This document shows positions 1 to 10,081 of a stretch of DNA of 64,000 nucleotides, one piece after another. Positions within the stretch are counted from its first letter, which is position 1. The number at the start of each line of letters is the position of its first letter. The notes beneath the pieces are model-generated. The model saw only the letters and a program-made list of their open reading frames with translations. It ran no database searches and was not told where the DNA came from. The position numbers were made by a program, and so were the translations under genes. This stretch comes from Candidatus Bathyarchaeia archaeon (GTDB lineage Archaea; Thermoproteota; Bathyarchaeia; Bathyarchaeales; Bathycorpusculaceae): the NCBI GenBank assembly GCA_050012255.1, contig JBEKHN010000001.1, positions 256,001-320,000 on the forward strand. The letters are read 5' to 3'.

Positions 1-84
1 CTCAAGTGCCCTAGCCTTTGCAAGAACTTCGAACGCTGTTTCTGTTCCTAGAGTTTTCATCCTATCTGCGAAGATAGAGCTCAC
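1..84 (-). CDS. PLP-dependent aminotransferase class I/II (aspartate aminotransferase-like), 5' end only
   Basis: Hand translation MSSIFADRMKTLGTETAFEVLAKARALE runs off the window edge; typical AspAT-type N-terminus. Confidence 0.7.
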   Translation of the reverse strand, partial: MSSIFADRMKTLGTETAFEVLAKARALE

Positions 85-279
85 TCAAATCACCTAGTTT
101 TGAGAGGAAATTAGACGTAGAAGAGGATGAGTATTTAACCATTTTACTCTCCCTGCTTCAAATTCATGATCCGACCCTGCATCATAGCTTCGAAAAACCG
201 ATGAAAACATCAGAGAAAGGTGTGGAAAAGGGTTGATTTGAGCTATTGCTGACCCTATTTGCTGCGATGCCTAGAACTG

Positions 280-1272
280 TCATGTCAGTGGCCGAGTTTT
301 CATTACGTCTGGGTTGATCAGGTTCGGTGGTTTCTTTCCATCGAAGAACGCAACTAGGTTTTCTGCGACCATCTCGGCCATTTTGGAGCGGGTTTCGAGG
401 CTTGCGCTTGATATGTGTGGGGCTACGACGACGTTGTCGAGCTTGAGCAACGGGCTGTCGACCGGTATGGGTTCCTGTTCGAAAACGTCCAGTGCTGCGC
501 CGGCAATCCAACCCTCTTTTAATGCTTTGTACAATGCTTTCTCGTCTACGACGGGCCCTCGTGAATTGTTTATCAGATAAGCTGTTTTCTTCATCAGTCT
601 GAGCTTCTGCTCGTTTATCAGATGATGCGTCTCTTTCATCAGCGGGACATGGATGCTGACAAAGTCCGACTGTTTCAGCAGTGTGTCGAGGTCGGCTTTC
701 TTCGCTCCAAGCTTCTCTATCTCTGGTCTTGGCACAACATCGTAGAACAGGATTTTCATGTCGAATCCTGTTGCTCGTTTGGCCACAGCGTAGCCGATTC
801 TTCCCGCGCCCACAACGCCGATGGTTGCGCCGTAGACATCTCTGCCCGCCATCATGTTGGGGTGCCATCCGACCTTCCATTGCCCAGTGCGAACGTACTT
901 GTCTGCTTCAGCCACTCTTCTGGCAACCGCTAGTAGCAAGGCCCAAGCGAAGTCTGCAGTTGTGTCGGTTAGGACTTCCGGCGTGTTCGTTACGTAAATT
1001 CCTCTTTTCGTAGCTTCAGGGACGTCTATGTTGTCAAAGCCCACGGCTAATTGAGAAACGATCTTTAGTTTTGGTGCCGCATCAAAGACTTCACCGTCTA
1101 TCTTATCAGACAAAAGCGTGGCAAGTGCGTCCACGTTTCTTGCTTTCTCTATTATTGTTTTTTTCGGTGGTGGAGCGTACTCAGGCCAGACTTCGGTGTC
1201 GAAGTGCTGCCTTATTATTTTCAGGCCTCTTTCACCGATATCTCGGGTAACGTAAATCTTCGGTTTTGCCAT
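280..1272 (-). CDS. gyaR: Glyoxylate reductase / D-2-hydroxyacid dehydrogenase
   Basis: AVGFDNID, GAGRIG Rossmann motif, INNSRG, LDVFEQEP, APHISSAS; ATG at 1272 preferred. Confidence 0.9.
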   Translation of the reverse strand: MAKPKIYVTRDIGERGLKIIRQHFDTEVWPEYAPPPKKTIIEKARNVDALATLLSDKIDGEVFDAAPKLKIVSQLAVGFDNIDVPEATKRGIYVTNTPEVLTDTTADFAWALLLAVARRVAEADKYVRTGQWKVGWHPNMMAGRDVYGATIGVVGAGRIGYAVAKRATGFDMKILFYDVVPRPEIEKLGAKKADLDTLLKQSDFVSIHVPLMKETHHLINEQKLRLMKKTAYLINNSRGPVVDEKALYKALKEGWIAGAALDVFEQEPIPVDSPLLKLDNVVVAPHISSASLETRSKMAEMVAENLVAFFDGKKPPNLINPDVMKTRPLT

Positions 1273-1368
1273 GTAATTCACCGTGCAAATGTTTGCGCAA
1301 TTCTTTATTAGAGTTGACTTATTACACTTACGCAATCGTCTTTGAGGAAGGTCCGAGGAACTGCAGAG

Positions 1369-2745
1369 ATGGTGACAATAAGGAATAAGGAACAGTTGGT
1401 CAAAAACGGCGAGACCGAGCTTGTCAGAAGAGCGAGGGAGCTTGCCCTCGGAAGCCTCGAAGCTGCGCTGAACGCGGTCGACCCCAAAAAGATAATAGAA
1501 TCAAAAGTAGTCCTGAAAGATTGCACTCTGAAAGTTGATGACTATTCCTTTGACGTGAGAGAGTTCAAGAACATCTACGTCATAGGCGGCGGAAAAGCGA
1601 GTGGATCCATGGCAGAAGCCTTGGAGCAGGTTCTGGACGCGCGCATAACGGATGGGCTTGTGAACGTTCTCCATGAAAGCAGAAACAAGACTAGAATCAT
1701 AAAGCTTCACGGAGCAAATCACCCTGTTCCAGACGAGGCTGGAGTCGAAGGAACACGCAGGATGCTTGAGATAGCCGAAGGCGCAACCGCTGACGACCTG
1801 ATCATATGCCTGATCTCAGGCGGAGGCTCAAGCCTGATGCCTCTGCCAAGGGGAGACGTCACGCTTGCGGACAAGAGACAGGTAACAGATGCACTGCTCA
1901 AGAGCGGCGCCACAATAAACGAGGTCAACACGGTCCGAAAACACATTTCAGACTTCAAGGGTGGTTGGCTTGCGAAGAAAGCCTACCCAGCTACGATTTT
2001 GAATCTGATCCTTTCCGACGTCATAGGTGATCCGTTGGATTTCATCGCTTCAGGCCCGACTGTTCCAGACTCCACAACGTTCAGCGAGGCCATAGGAGTT
2101 CTGAAGAAGTACGATCTGTGGGCGGAGGCTCCGTCATCTATAAGGAGGCTCTTGTCTGAGGGGGAGAAGGGTCTAGCTCTTGAAACGCCAAAAGCCGGAG
2201 ATGAGGCTTTCAAGAAGGTTTACAGTTTTGTCGTTGGGAACAACCGGTTCGCAACTCAAGCGGCCTGCGGAGGTTTGAAGTCTGCCGGTTTGAACACGTT
2301 GATGCTAACTGCCATGCTGGAGGGGGAAGCCAGACAAGTAGGAATCGTGCTGGCTTCGATCGTACGTGAAGCTTCGGTTTCTGGAAACCCTGTTCCAAGG
2401 CCAGCGGGCATAGTTGCAGGAGGAGAAACAACCGTGTCTGTGGTTGGGAAGGGCATGGGAGGAAGAAACCAGGAGATTGCCTTAGCAGCCGCAATGAAGC
2501 TTGAAGGTCTGGACGGTGTGGCTGTGGCTTCCTTGAGCACGGACGGCGTCGACGGCCCGACGGATGCTGCCGGAGCAGTCGTCGACGGGCAATCGCTGGC
2601 CAGGGCAAAGAAGATCGGCCTAGCTCCTGAGAAGTTCTTGGCTGACAATGATTCGTACCACCTCTTTTCCAGGCTCGGCGACCTCATCTTCACAGGGCCC
2701 ACGGGCACAAACGTGAACGATGTTTCGGTAATGGTCATTCTGTAA
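1369..2745 (+). CDS. Glycerate 2-kinase (MOFRL family)
   Basis: GGGKA, ISGGGSSL, GGETTV, GGRNQE, TDGVDG, TGTNVND motifs. Confidence 0.9.
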   Translation: MVTIRNKEQLVKNGETELVRRARELALGSLEAALNAVDPKKIIESKVVLKDCTLKVDDYSFDVREFKNIYVIGGGKASGSMAEALEQVLDARITDGLVNVLHESRNKTRIIKLHGANHPVPDEAGVEGTRRMLEIAEGATADDLIICLISGGGSSLMPLPRGDVTLADKRQVTDALLKSGATINEVNTVRKHISDFKGGWLAKKAYPATILNLILSDVIGDPLDFIASGPTVPDSTTFSEAIGVLKKYDLWAEAPSSIRRLLSEGEKGLALETPKAGDEAFKKVYSFVVGNNRFATQAACGGLKSAGLNTLMLTAMLEGEARQVGIVLASIVREASVSGNPVPRPAGIVAGGETTVSVVGKGMGGRNQEIALAAAMKLEGLDGVAVASLSTDGVDGPTDAAGAVVDGQSLARAKKIGLAPEKFLADNDSYHLFSRLGDLIFTGPTGTNVNDVSVMVIL

Positions 2746-2761
2746 GACGGGAAGGAAAGCT

Positions 2762-3049
2762 GTGATGATTGTAAGCGTGAAGTTCGTCGGATCTTTTCGA
2801 GGCATCTCAGGCAAAGACAAGCTAACACTCAAGTTTGGACGGCCCGTTTCGCTTACGGCCCTCGTGAAGAAGACTGTTGAACAGCTGCCTAAACTCAAAT
2901 CTTCTCTGATCGACCCCGAGTCCGGAGAGCCTAGAAGGAGCATGCTGGTGCTCGTGAACGGAAAGGAAATCAGTGTTTTGAACGGTTTGGAGACGCGCGT
3001 GAATGATGAGGATGAAGTGATTTTTGTTCCCGTCGTGCACGGAGGTTGA
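2762..3049 (+). CDS. MoaD/ThiS/SAMP ubiquitin-like sulfur carrier
   Basis: 95 aa, VLVNG motif, C-terminal PVVHGG. Confidence 0.88.
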   Translation: MMIVSVKFVGSFRGISGKDKLTLKFGRPVSLTALVKKTVEQLPKLKSSLIDPESGEPRRSMLVLVNGKEISVLNGLETRVNDEDEVIFVPVVHGG

Positions 3050-3055
3050 GCTCGC

Positions 3056-3844
3056 TTGAGGCTCATTGCCGTCAAGACACGTGTCGTTAAGACTGGAGAT
3101 GACTTGGTCGAGTTGGTTCTCAGGTCTTTGAAGGCTAAAGGCTTGCAGCTGGAAGATAACGATGTGTTGGCGTTGACTTCGAAGGTTGTGTCCTGTTCAG
3201 AAGGACGCGTAGTTAAGCTAAGTGAGGTGAAACCCTCGGAAGAGGCCAAGAGACTGGCAAAGGAATACTCGTTGAAGCCAGAATTTGCCGAGCTGATCCT
3301 GCGAGAAGCAGACAGGATCTGCGGAGGAGTTGAGAAAGCCGTTTTGACGCTCAAGAACGGAGTCATGGCTGCCAACGCGGGCATAGACAACAAGAACGCG
3401 CCCTCTGATTACGCTGTCCTGTGGCCCAAGAACCCTGCGGCTTCTGCAAGAGAGGTCAAGGACCGAATCAAACGCAGAACTGGCAAAGATGTCGCCGTTA
3501 TGATAGTTGACAGCGGTCTGGTTCCTCTCAGAATCGGAACGACCGGCTTGGCCTTGGCAGTTGCAGGGTTTAAACCCATAAGGGACAACAGAGGCTGCAA
3601 GGACCTCTTCGGAAAGTCCATCGTGATCACGCGACAGGCAGTTGCGGATGATCTGGCGTCAGCAGCCCACTTGCTGATGGGCGAGGCGACTGAGAAAACT
3701 CCCCTAGTGCTGATCAAGGGTGCTCCTGTGGATTTTGATGATGGCGTTTACGGTTCCGCTGACATGATGATGCCCTTCAAAGAATGCATATTCATGAACA
3801 CCTTGGGAACGCAATCAAGCGTAAAGAGAAAGGCCAGAGCATGA
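3056..3844 (+). CDS. cofE: Coenzyme F420-0:L-glutamate ligase family protein
   Basis: TSKVVS.SEGR, ANAGIDNKN, DLFG, AVADDLASAAHLLMGE motifs. Confidence 0.85.
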   Translation: MRLIAVKTRVVKTGDDLVELVLRSLKAKGLQLEDNDVLALTSKVVSCSEGRVVKLSEVKPSEEAKRLAKEYSLKPEFAELILREADRICGGVEKAVLTLKNGVMAANAGIDNKNAPSDYAVLWPKNPAASAREVKDRIKRRTGKDVAVMIVDSGLVPLRIGTTGLALAVAGFKPIRDNRGCKDLFGKSIVITRQAVADDLASAAHLLMGEATEKTPLVLIKGAPVDFDDGVYGSADMMMPFKECIFMNTLGTQSSVKRKARA

Positions 3845-4674
3845 TCGTTGCCCTTCATGAGGCTCCGAAAGGGTTTTTCAAAACAAGCCCGCCGCACGGC
3901 AACGACGAACTCTTGAGGCTTGTGCGGAAAACAGCTGTGCTAGGTTTCAGGGCTCTCGAGGTCGGCCCGCTTGCCGACTATGCGTCGATCAATGGTGGAC
4001 TTTTGAAACAGGTCCTTGACGAGCTGGACATGAGGAGAAGTATGCATGTTGGAGGGCTGTTCGACGCTTCGAAGTTCGCTTCGTCCGAAGCAGAGTATAA
4101 TAGAATGATACAGCAGGTGCGCCGTGGAGTTACGTTGGGCAGTGAGATAGGTGCGACTTTGGTGTCAGTTCATCCGCCGTTTTTTTCGATGGGAGACGAA
4201 TCGGCCGAGTTGTGGTTGGAGGCGAGGGCACGTTTCCTGAGACTGTTGAAGGAGCAGGTGGATTTTGCACGTAGCAAAAACATCAAGCTGGCTTTGGAAT
4301 CATTCTGCTACAGGCCTTTCATCTTTGAAGGCTTGACTGATTTTGTTCGGTTTGTTTCGGATTTTCCGTCGGAAGGGCTCGGCGTTCTCTTAGAAGCTGG
4401 TCACTTGCACCAAGTGGATATCAGTCTTTCCGAAGCGGTTCACATGTTTAAAGGCAGACTTGTGGATGTTCACGTTCATGATGCTACGTTGGAGAAGGAT
4501 TACCGAAAAGCGACTCATCTTGCACTCGGAAAGGACAATATAGATTTTCGAAGTCTTGTCAAGTGCTTGCGAGAGGTTCATTATGATGGCTGGCTCACGT
4601 TGGAAATTCGGGCAGGTGAGAAGGAGATCGAGGAAAGCAGGAAGTATCTGGAAGGCTTACTCGCCGAGACGTGA
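3841..4674 (+). CDS. Sugar phosphate isomerase/epimerase (xylose isomerase-like TIM barrel)
   Basis: LALE, EAGH, VHVHD, HLALG, LTLEI metal-binding pattern; ATGA overlap with cofE. Confidence 0.8.
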   Translation: MIVALHEAPKGFFKTSPPHGNDELLRLVRKTAVLGFRALEVGPLADYASINGGLLKQVLDELDMRRSMHVGGLFDASKFASSEAEYNRMIQQVRRGVTLGSEIGATLVSVHPPFFSMGDESAELWLEARARFLRLLKEQVDFARSKNIKLALESFCYRPFIFEGLTDFVRFVSDFPSEGLGVLLEAGHLHQVDISLSEAVHMFKGRLVDVHVHDATLEKDYRKATHLALGKDNIDFRSLVKCLREVHYDGWLTLEIRAGEKEIEESRKYLEGLLAET

Positions 4675-4709
4675 GCTTGTGGAGCATAATCTAGTTCTTG
4701 TTTCGCTTT

Positions 4710-4925
4710 TTGCCACAGATACAACATTCCCTCTTTCGCGTTTTGCCTCGTCTAACACGTCTACCCCTTCCCCCTCGTTTTTTTCTCTAGACGGTACTGT
4801 TGATGTAGCCCTTTGGTGGAAGCTGGCGGGGGCTTTTCGCTGATCGGGACGCTTTCTTAACATAGAGTTCAGAACGCGCTCTCTCGATCGAATAGCCTGG
4901 TCCCCTTGCACGAGCCACGTGCGAA
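4710..4925. repeat. Dispersed non-coding element, copy 1 (homologous to 25134-25380)
   Basis: Shares blocks such as ACAT(T)CCCT, TTCGCGTTTTG, CGTCTA, a poly-C tract and CTAG..GGTACT with the 25.1-kb copy. Confidence 0.6.
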
Positions 4926-4986
4926 TCATGCGTAAAGCCTTTTATGAAGTATGAATTATGTGAAATATGCAAAAAGTGGAATAGCT

Positions 4987-5217
4987 ATGAGTGCACGTGA
5001 CGAAGGTATGTCTGTTTATGGGACGGTGAAAGTCGGCGACCGAGGCCAAGTCGTCATTCCCGTCAAGGCTCGAAAAGACTTCAACATAAAGCCAGGAGAC
5101 CTGTTGCTCGTGGTGGCGGGCAAGAAGAGGCGCGGCATCGCGATGGTCAAGGCAGATGCGATGAGGGAGTTCGCGTCAAGAGTCCTGAAAGGTCTAGAGC
5201 AGACCGCAGACGAGTAA
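4987..5217 (+). CDS. AbrB/MazE/SpoVT-family DNA-binding protein
   Basis: VKVGDRGQVVIP..ARKDFNIKPGD signature. Confidence 0.85.
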   Translation: MSARDEGMSVYGTVKVGDRGQVVIPVKARKDFNIKPGDLLLVVAGKKRRGIAMVKADAMREFASRVLKGLEQTADE

Positions 5218-5247
5218 CGAGCACGGTGTCCACGGGGTTGGAATGTC

Positions 5248-5712
5248 ATGTTCGAAAGGCGTGAACGGATCGAAAGATGGTTCCACGATGTCGTCGAGAA
5301 GTTTCGCCAGAAGGGAGCGATCAGTCCTGACAAGGCGATGACGGCTGAGGAGCTCGGTCTTCCGCCGAGGTTCGAAGAGGCGATGAAGAGGCGTCTCGGT
5401 CGCTTAGGCGTCTTCGTGGAAGTGAACGGCAAGTACTATCTTTCAGAAGAAAGGTTAAAGCAAGTAGAAGAACTGCGATCTGCGCGAGGCGGGGCATGGA
5501 ATCCAAGAAACAGAATCATAACGCTAAGACTAGTTCAGTTGGTCACTATTGCTCTCTTCGTTACTCTTTTCCTTGTGAACCTCTTCGTTCAGAGTTGGGA
5601 GCTGAGAATAGTATCCGCCGTCCTTTTGGTTGTTTGGCTAGTGATAGCCATGCTGCAGATATACTTTCTGTCACGGGTCCGAAAGAGATACTCTTCTCAG
5701 CAGGTCAGCTAG
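5248..5712 (+). CDS. Hypothetical membrane protein (two C-terminal TM helices)
   Basis: 154-aa ORF with charged N-terminus and two hydrophobic segments, co-oriented with the AbrB gene. Confidence 0.7.
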   Translation: MFERRERIERWFHDVVEKFRQKGAISPDKAMTAEELGLPPRFEEAMKRRLGRLGVFVEVNGKYYLSEERLKQVEELRSARGGAWNPRNRIITLRLVQLVTIALFVTLFLVNLFVQSWELRIVSAVLLVVWLVIAMLQIYFLSRVRKRYSSQQVS

Positions 5713-5846
5713 GCACGGACGGCTATGTGTGCCTCGCCCGTCGACGGAAGTCGCGACATTCAACGGCACTCTCGTCTCTGTCTGGAGCATAGAATCCGTC
5801 ACTTATGACGAAGCATCTGCCACTTTGAACCTCTTGCAGCAGCTGT

Positions 5847-6563
5847 TCAACGCTTCCGTGGACCGGGCCAGAGATTGGTTGATTTCAGAACTTTTGACAA
5901 CGAAGCTCCGATGGACATCGCACCTAATGCGATGACAATTCGCTCTACAGGATAAAGAACCGTGAGTGTTTGCCAAGTCGGCAACAGAGTTGTCGCATTC
6001 GGTGTCAAGGCTTCGAAGATTAATGACCCGGCAATCTGACCTGCGAGCGTGGACGTCAGACAAGTGATGAAAAATCCGAGGAGCAGTTTCAGGTTGCTTC
6101 CAGATTCTAGAGACCTTGCAGCCGCGGACTGCAGGGGCGAGACCAGAATGATGAGACCCGCTATCTGGAACCACAGTTCTAAGGGGAACAGCCATGCAGG
6201 TCCGACAATTGGATAGAACGCAAAAAGCAGTAGCAGAGAAAGGTAGGCTAGTATGCTGATTATTCTTTTTCCACTTTTGACCATTCCGGCACAGAATGCT
6301 GCAGCAACGCCTGAGGCGAAGCTCAGGTAGGAGAGGGCGCCCAGAAAAAACCCGATCGTTCCCCCCAGAAACGCGGATAGAGTTCCTATGTAGGGGCCGA
6401 GCAGTATTCCAATGATCGGCGCTATGATCGCAGCAGCAGTGATTGCTTGCCCTGGTAGGCCGATTATCGGAGAGATCTTTATGAATCCGAAAACAGCGTA
6501 CAAAGCCGTGAAAGTCACCGTCAACGCAGTGTCCTTGGTCGTCAGTTTTCCGTAGTGCTTCAT
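5847..6563 (-). CDS. ECF-transporter S-component-like membrane protein
   Basis: Multiple TM helices, ALYAV..., GILLGPYIG motif, C-terminal YPVER. Confidence 0.65.
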   Translation of the reverse strand: MKHYGKLTTKDTALTVTFTALYAVFGFIKISPIIGLPGQAITAAAIIAPIIGILLGPYIGTLSAFLGGTIGFFLGALSYLSFASGVAAAFCAGMVKSGKRIISILAYLSLLLLFAFYPIVGPAWLFPLELWFQIAGLIILVSPLQSAAARSLESGSNLKLLLGFFITCLTSTLAGQIAGSLIFEALTPNATTLLPTWQTLTVLYPVERIVIALGAMSIGASLSKVLKSTNLWPGPRKR

Positions 6564-6629
6564 TCTTGCAGTCCTTCGGTGCTTACGCGTGGAAACTTAA
6601 TTATTGGGTGTTGTTTATAAAAGAATGAC

Positions 6630-7424
6630 ATGGCTCGGCGCATAATCACTCTGACGACTGATTTTGGCTTGAAGGACCCATATGTGGCAGAGATGAAAGC
6701 TGTGATTCTGAACATATGCCTCGGCGCCATGATCGTGGACGTATCTCATCAGGTCGAAAAATTCAACGTAAGGATGGGGGCATACATCTTAGCGTCAGCA
6801 GCTCCGTATTTTCCAGAAGGCACCATCAACGTTGCGGTTGTCGACCCTGGAGTTGGAACCAAGAGGCGTCCGCTGTGTATACGAACGAGACACGGTTATT
6901 TCATTGGGCCAGACAACGGAGTGCTTGTTCTGGCGGCGAAAGCCCAGGGAATAGAGCACGTTTACGAGTTAACGAACTCAAGGTTCATGATGCCAAACGT
7001 CTCCGACACGTTTCATGGACGGGACATCTTCTCGCCAGCAGCAGCCCACCTAGCAAACGGAAAACCCCCGTCAGACTTTGGGCGAGAAACAAGAAAGATG
7101 ACAGCCCCTGAATTTACGAAAGTCGTCAGGAGGAAGGCAGGGCTTGTTGGTGAGGTGATTCACGTGGACGACTTTGGAAACATAATAACAAACATTGGAG
7201 AAAAAGAGCTTGCGCCGATGCGAACTATAAAGGCTGTGAAGGTCAAGGTGAAAAACACTTGGTTTACATTGAGGTTCTGCAGGGCCTACGGGGAAGTTGA
7301 GGCGCAGGAACCGCTAGCACTGATTGGAAGTCACAATTTCCTTGAACTCTCAATAAACCAAGGCAACGCATCAAAAGCGTTCAAGGTAAAGAACGGAGAC
7401 AAGGTCCTCCTTCATCGATCTTAG
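6630..7424 (+). CDS. SAM hydroxide adenosyltransferase (DUF62 family)
   Basis: TLTTDFG, VVDPGVGT, GPDNG, TFHGRDIF, DDFGN motifs. Confidence 0.92.
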   Translation: MARRIITLTTDFGLKDPYVAEMKAVILNICLGAMIVDVSHQVEKFNVRMGAYILASAAPYFPEGTINVAVVDPGVGTKRRPLCIRTRHGYFIGPDNGVLVLAAKAQGIEHVYELTNSRFMMPNVSDTFHGRDIFSPAAAHLANGKPPSDFGRETRKMTAPEFTKVVRRKAGLVGEVIHVDDFGNIITNIGEKELAPMRTIKAVKVKVKNTWFTLRFCRAYGEVEAQEPLALIGSHNFLELSINQGNASKAFKVKNGDKVLLHRS

Positions 7425-7860
7425 CCTCGGCCATCAGTCCAGACGGTCGTTCTATATGTCGGTTTCTTGAATATGAGTGCCCGCTACCTATTTCAAGCGT
7501 GGAAATCCTGCTTTTAGGCTGAGATGAGAACGTATTCTTGACCAGAAATGTTCGAGGAAATATTCGTCAACGCTACCCAGACGTTGATACTTCTCTTTCT
7601 GTCTCAATTGTCTGTGATCGTAATCGCAGGCGCGATCTGGGCGGGGAGAAGGCAGTGAGGCTTTTCAGAAATCGAGGAAAGGCTGTAAGAAAATGGCGCA
7701 TGAGAGCGCTTTTTGTTGATCTTCACAAGACGAGGATAACGATTTGGACGCCTCTAGGAAAGCATTTACCTCCTTGGATTTTTAAACGGTCGACACCTTG
7801 CGAGAAGGAGAGCAATCATTCATAATCTGTGAGTGTGCAAGGTCTCTTTATCGAATGCCG

Positions 7861-8385
7861 TTAGACTTTGTCGCTCTTGCTCAGGTCTTTGAGCCTGTTG
7901 ATTCCGTCTATTTCTCTTATAAAAGCTACCACGCTTTTGGGCACGAGGTTTTCCCAGTTTTCGTCCTTGACCATTCTCTCTCTGATCTCGGTCGAAGAGT
8001 ATAGCTTTCTGTCAAAGAAACGAATGGGCTTCACCTTGTATCTAGCCTCAGTGAAGAGACGACGCGTCAACGGTTCGTTAGAGTAGACAACGTCAAAGCG
8101 GGGAGTATAGCCCTCTAAGGAAGAGACCCACATCATGTGCAAGTGCACATCCGGAACGGGCACGATCCAAACCCGTCTATAGTCTACTTCGCATTCCTCC
8201 AACGCTTCACGAACCATAACCAGCCTTTCTCCTGCGGTAAACGGGTTGCTAAGGTTGTGGCTGTACTGCGCGCTGCCGATGACGATTACCGTTTCGTCAA
8301 CCTCTTTCAGAACTTCCTTTATCGCGCTGAGGTGCCCCAGATGAAAAGGTTGAAACCTTCCTACGTAAAGACCCCGCTTGCTCAT
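7861..8385 (-). CDS. nadM: Nicotinamide-nucleotide adenylyltransferase (archaeal NMNAT)
   Basis: GRFQPFHLGH, GSAQ, NPFTAGER, SSTEIR motifs. Confidence 0.92.
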   Translation of the reverse strand: MSKRGLYVGRFQPFHLGHLSAIKEVLKEVDETVIVIGSAQYSHNLSNPFTAGERLVMVREALEECEVDYRRVWIVPVPDVHLHMMWVSSLEGYTPRFDVVYSNEPLTRRLFTEARYKVKPIRFFDRKLYSSTEIRERMVKDENWENLVPKSVVAFIREIDGINRLKDLSKSDKV

Positions 8386-8431
8386 TCGGATCGTCTCTTG
8401 GAACATGTTATCTGTGGAAGAGAATTAACAT

Positions 8432-9019
8432 TTACCCCTGCTGAGCTTTCCTGATCGCAAGCTCGACTGGAAACACTCGCAATTTCTTGCCGTCCACTGG
8501 AATTTCGCGTTCATCAGGGTATCCGCGCCTTTCACGCTTCAGAAAAGCAAGCTTGACGTCCAAGCCGCCTCCGTACCCACCCAGTGTGAAGTCCGCTCTT
8601 ACAACTCGATGGCACGGGCAGACCGGTGCGAAGGGGTTTGAAGCCATGATCTGCCCAACAGCTCTTGGCCCTCCTCCGACGGCTTTGGCAACTTCACCGT
8701 ACGTGGTTACGTAACCCAGCGGTACCTTGCAAACGGTTTCGATTACCTTCTTAGTGTACTTTGGCAGATGCTCCTCGGCCAGGGAGAAGCTGTGAGAAAC
8801 GTCTTTTCCATCGTAAATCTCCTTCAACGCTTCGATCACAGAGTGGGCAAACTCGGTTTTCTTTGGGTTTTCCGCAGAAACATGAAAGGGGACACTTTCT
8901 CTCAATCCTCGCAAAGCATTGTTCTGAGTTGAGGCAAACGTTGTCGCGTAGACAGATTCTCCTTCAAAGGCGACTCCAAACCAGACATTTCCGACCTTCT
9001 CGATGTAAACGCTTATCAT
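8432..9019 (-). CDS. ogt: Methylated-DNA--protein-cysteine methyltransferase
   Basis: TYGEVA, RAVG, PCHRV active-site motif, GGYGGG. Confidence 0.9.
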   Translation of the reverse strand: MISVYIEKVGNVWFGVAFEGESVYATTFASTQNNALRGLRESVPFHVSAENPKKTEFAHSVIEALKEIYDGKDVSHSFSLAEEHLPKYTKKVIETVCKVPLGYVTTYGEVAKAVGGGPRAVGQIMASNPFAPVCPCHRVVRADFTLGGYGGGLDVKLAFLKRERRGYPDEREIPVDGKKLRVFPVELAIRKAQQG

Positions 9020-9534
9020 GCTTGCTTCCTCTCGTAGAACTATCGCCGCATCAAGTTTTATTTCTTGCTCCTCTTGTTCACTCTTGCACATACGCGCTCT
9101 ATTAAGAAAACCGCGCACACACTTGCCGAGGCATCGTCATCCGCGCGCGGAAGGCAGATTAGGAATGGCATTATTCATGCGGACAAATTTTTCAGCGGTA
9201 AAAAACGACGGGGTAGAGGAACGTTGCGGGCTCGTGTACCTTACAACGTTCTGATGCACGGTATTTCTTAGCTCCTAGCGGTAGGCTCTTTTTGGTTGCT
9301 CACACGAAAAAAGAATTATTTTCTTGTCATTCAGCGCCGGCTTCTATGGTCACCGCAAACACGAACCCTACAATGGTCTCAGCAAAAAGGGGCCCCAGCT
9401 CTCGTAGTAAACGAGAAGAGAAAAAACAGGGATCGTGCGGGAGAAGTCTCCAGCGCAGAACCACAAATCGTAAACTCTTTTATGGCACAACCCTACATAT
9501 AATCTAATAGTCAGCCTCAAGAACAGGGAAGACA

Positions 9535-9699
9535 ATGGCAGAAACAGTTACGAAGAAAGATTGGATACTATTTTTGCTTACCATTGCTTTCGTCATTTTT
9601 CTTGCCATTGCAATCTTCATCATATTGACTGGCCCAACTGGAAACCCGCCAGAAGGGCGGATGAGGCCATTGGTAACATTACTACGTACTTGGTTGTAG
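9535..9699 (+). CDS. Small single-TM hypothetical protein (54 aa)
   Basis: Hand translation MAETVTKKDWILFLLTIAFVIFLAIAIFIILTGPTG...; below the ORF-track cutoff. Confidence 0.45.
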   Translation: MAETVTKKDWILFLLTIAFVIFLAIAIFIILTGPTGNPPEGRMRPLVTLLRTWL

Positions 9700-9739
9700 A
9701 CTTATCCGACGATTTTTTAAATGGAATCTAATCAGACGC

Positions 9740-9754
9740 AGACTTGACAGAACC
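9740..9754. repeat. Orphan IS6-type terminal inverted repeat of an older element
   Basis: AGACTTGACAGAACC matches the last 15 nt of the right IR (AGAGTTAACAGAACC) at 13/15 and abuts the CTTTATCA target. Confidence 0.6.
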
Positions 9755-9833
9755 CTTTATCAGGTTCTGTTAACTCTTAGGGTCTTAAAGAAGTTTGTTA
9801 ACTGTCGGGGCTTTTTATTAACTAAAAACCTTA

Positions 9834-10046
9834 TTAATTAGGTGTTTCTATTCTGGCAAAATCAGTGGTAAATGAATGAACTGCCCACGTTGCAACGCGG
9901 AGATTAACGTTAAGCATAAAAAGGAATGGAAATACCGTCAGGGTTACTATCTTGTGCGACAATATAAATGCCCAAAGTGCAGGAAACCATTTCGTACCTA
10001 TTTCCATGACAACAAGCTTTGTTTTACTATCCCTAAACCGAGCCAA
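9834..10046 (-). CDS. Small hypothetical hydrophobic protein (transposon passenger)
   Basis: 70-aa ORF with a hydrophobic stretch; may be spurious. Confidence 0.3.
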   Translation of the reverse strand: MARFRDSKTKLVVMEIGTKWFPALWAFILSHKIVTLTVFPFLFMLNVNLRVATWAVHSFTTDFARIETPN

Positions 10047-10081
10047 AGATGTTAAAAAGATAGACCGTACATTAAGACAAC

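Noticed and set aside
182-880. 232-aa ORF and other long alternate-frame ORFs (e.g. 2620-3393, 21314-22084)
   Set aside because: They are shadows of well-supported genes
7425-7860. Intergenic gap containing ORF 7538-7825
   Set aside because: No recognisable protein, structure or repeat
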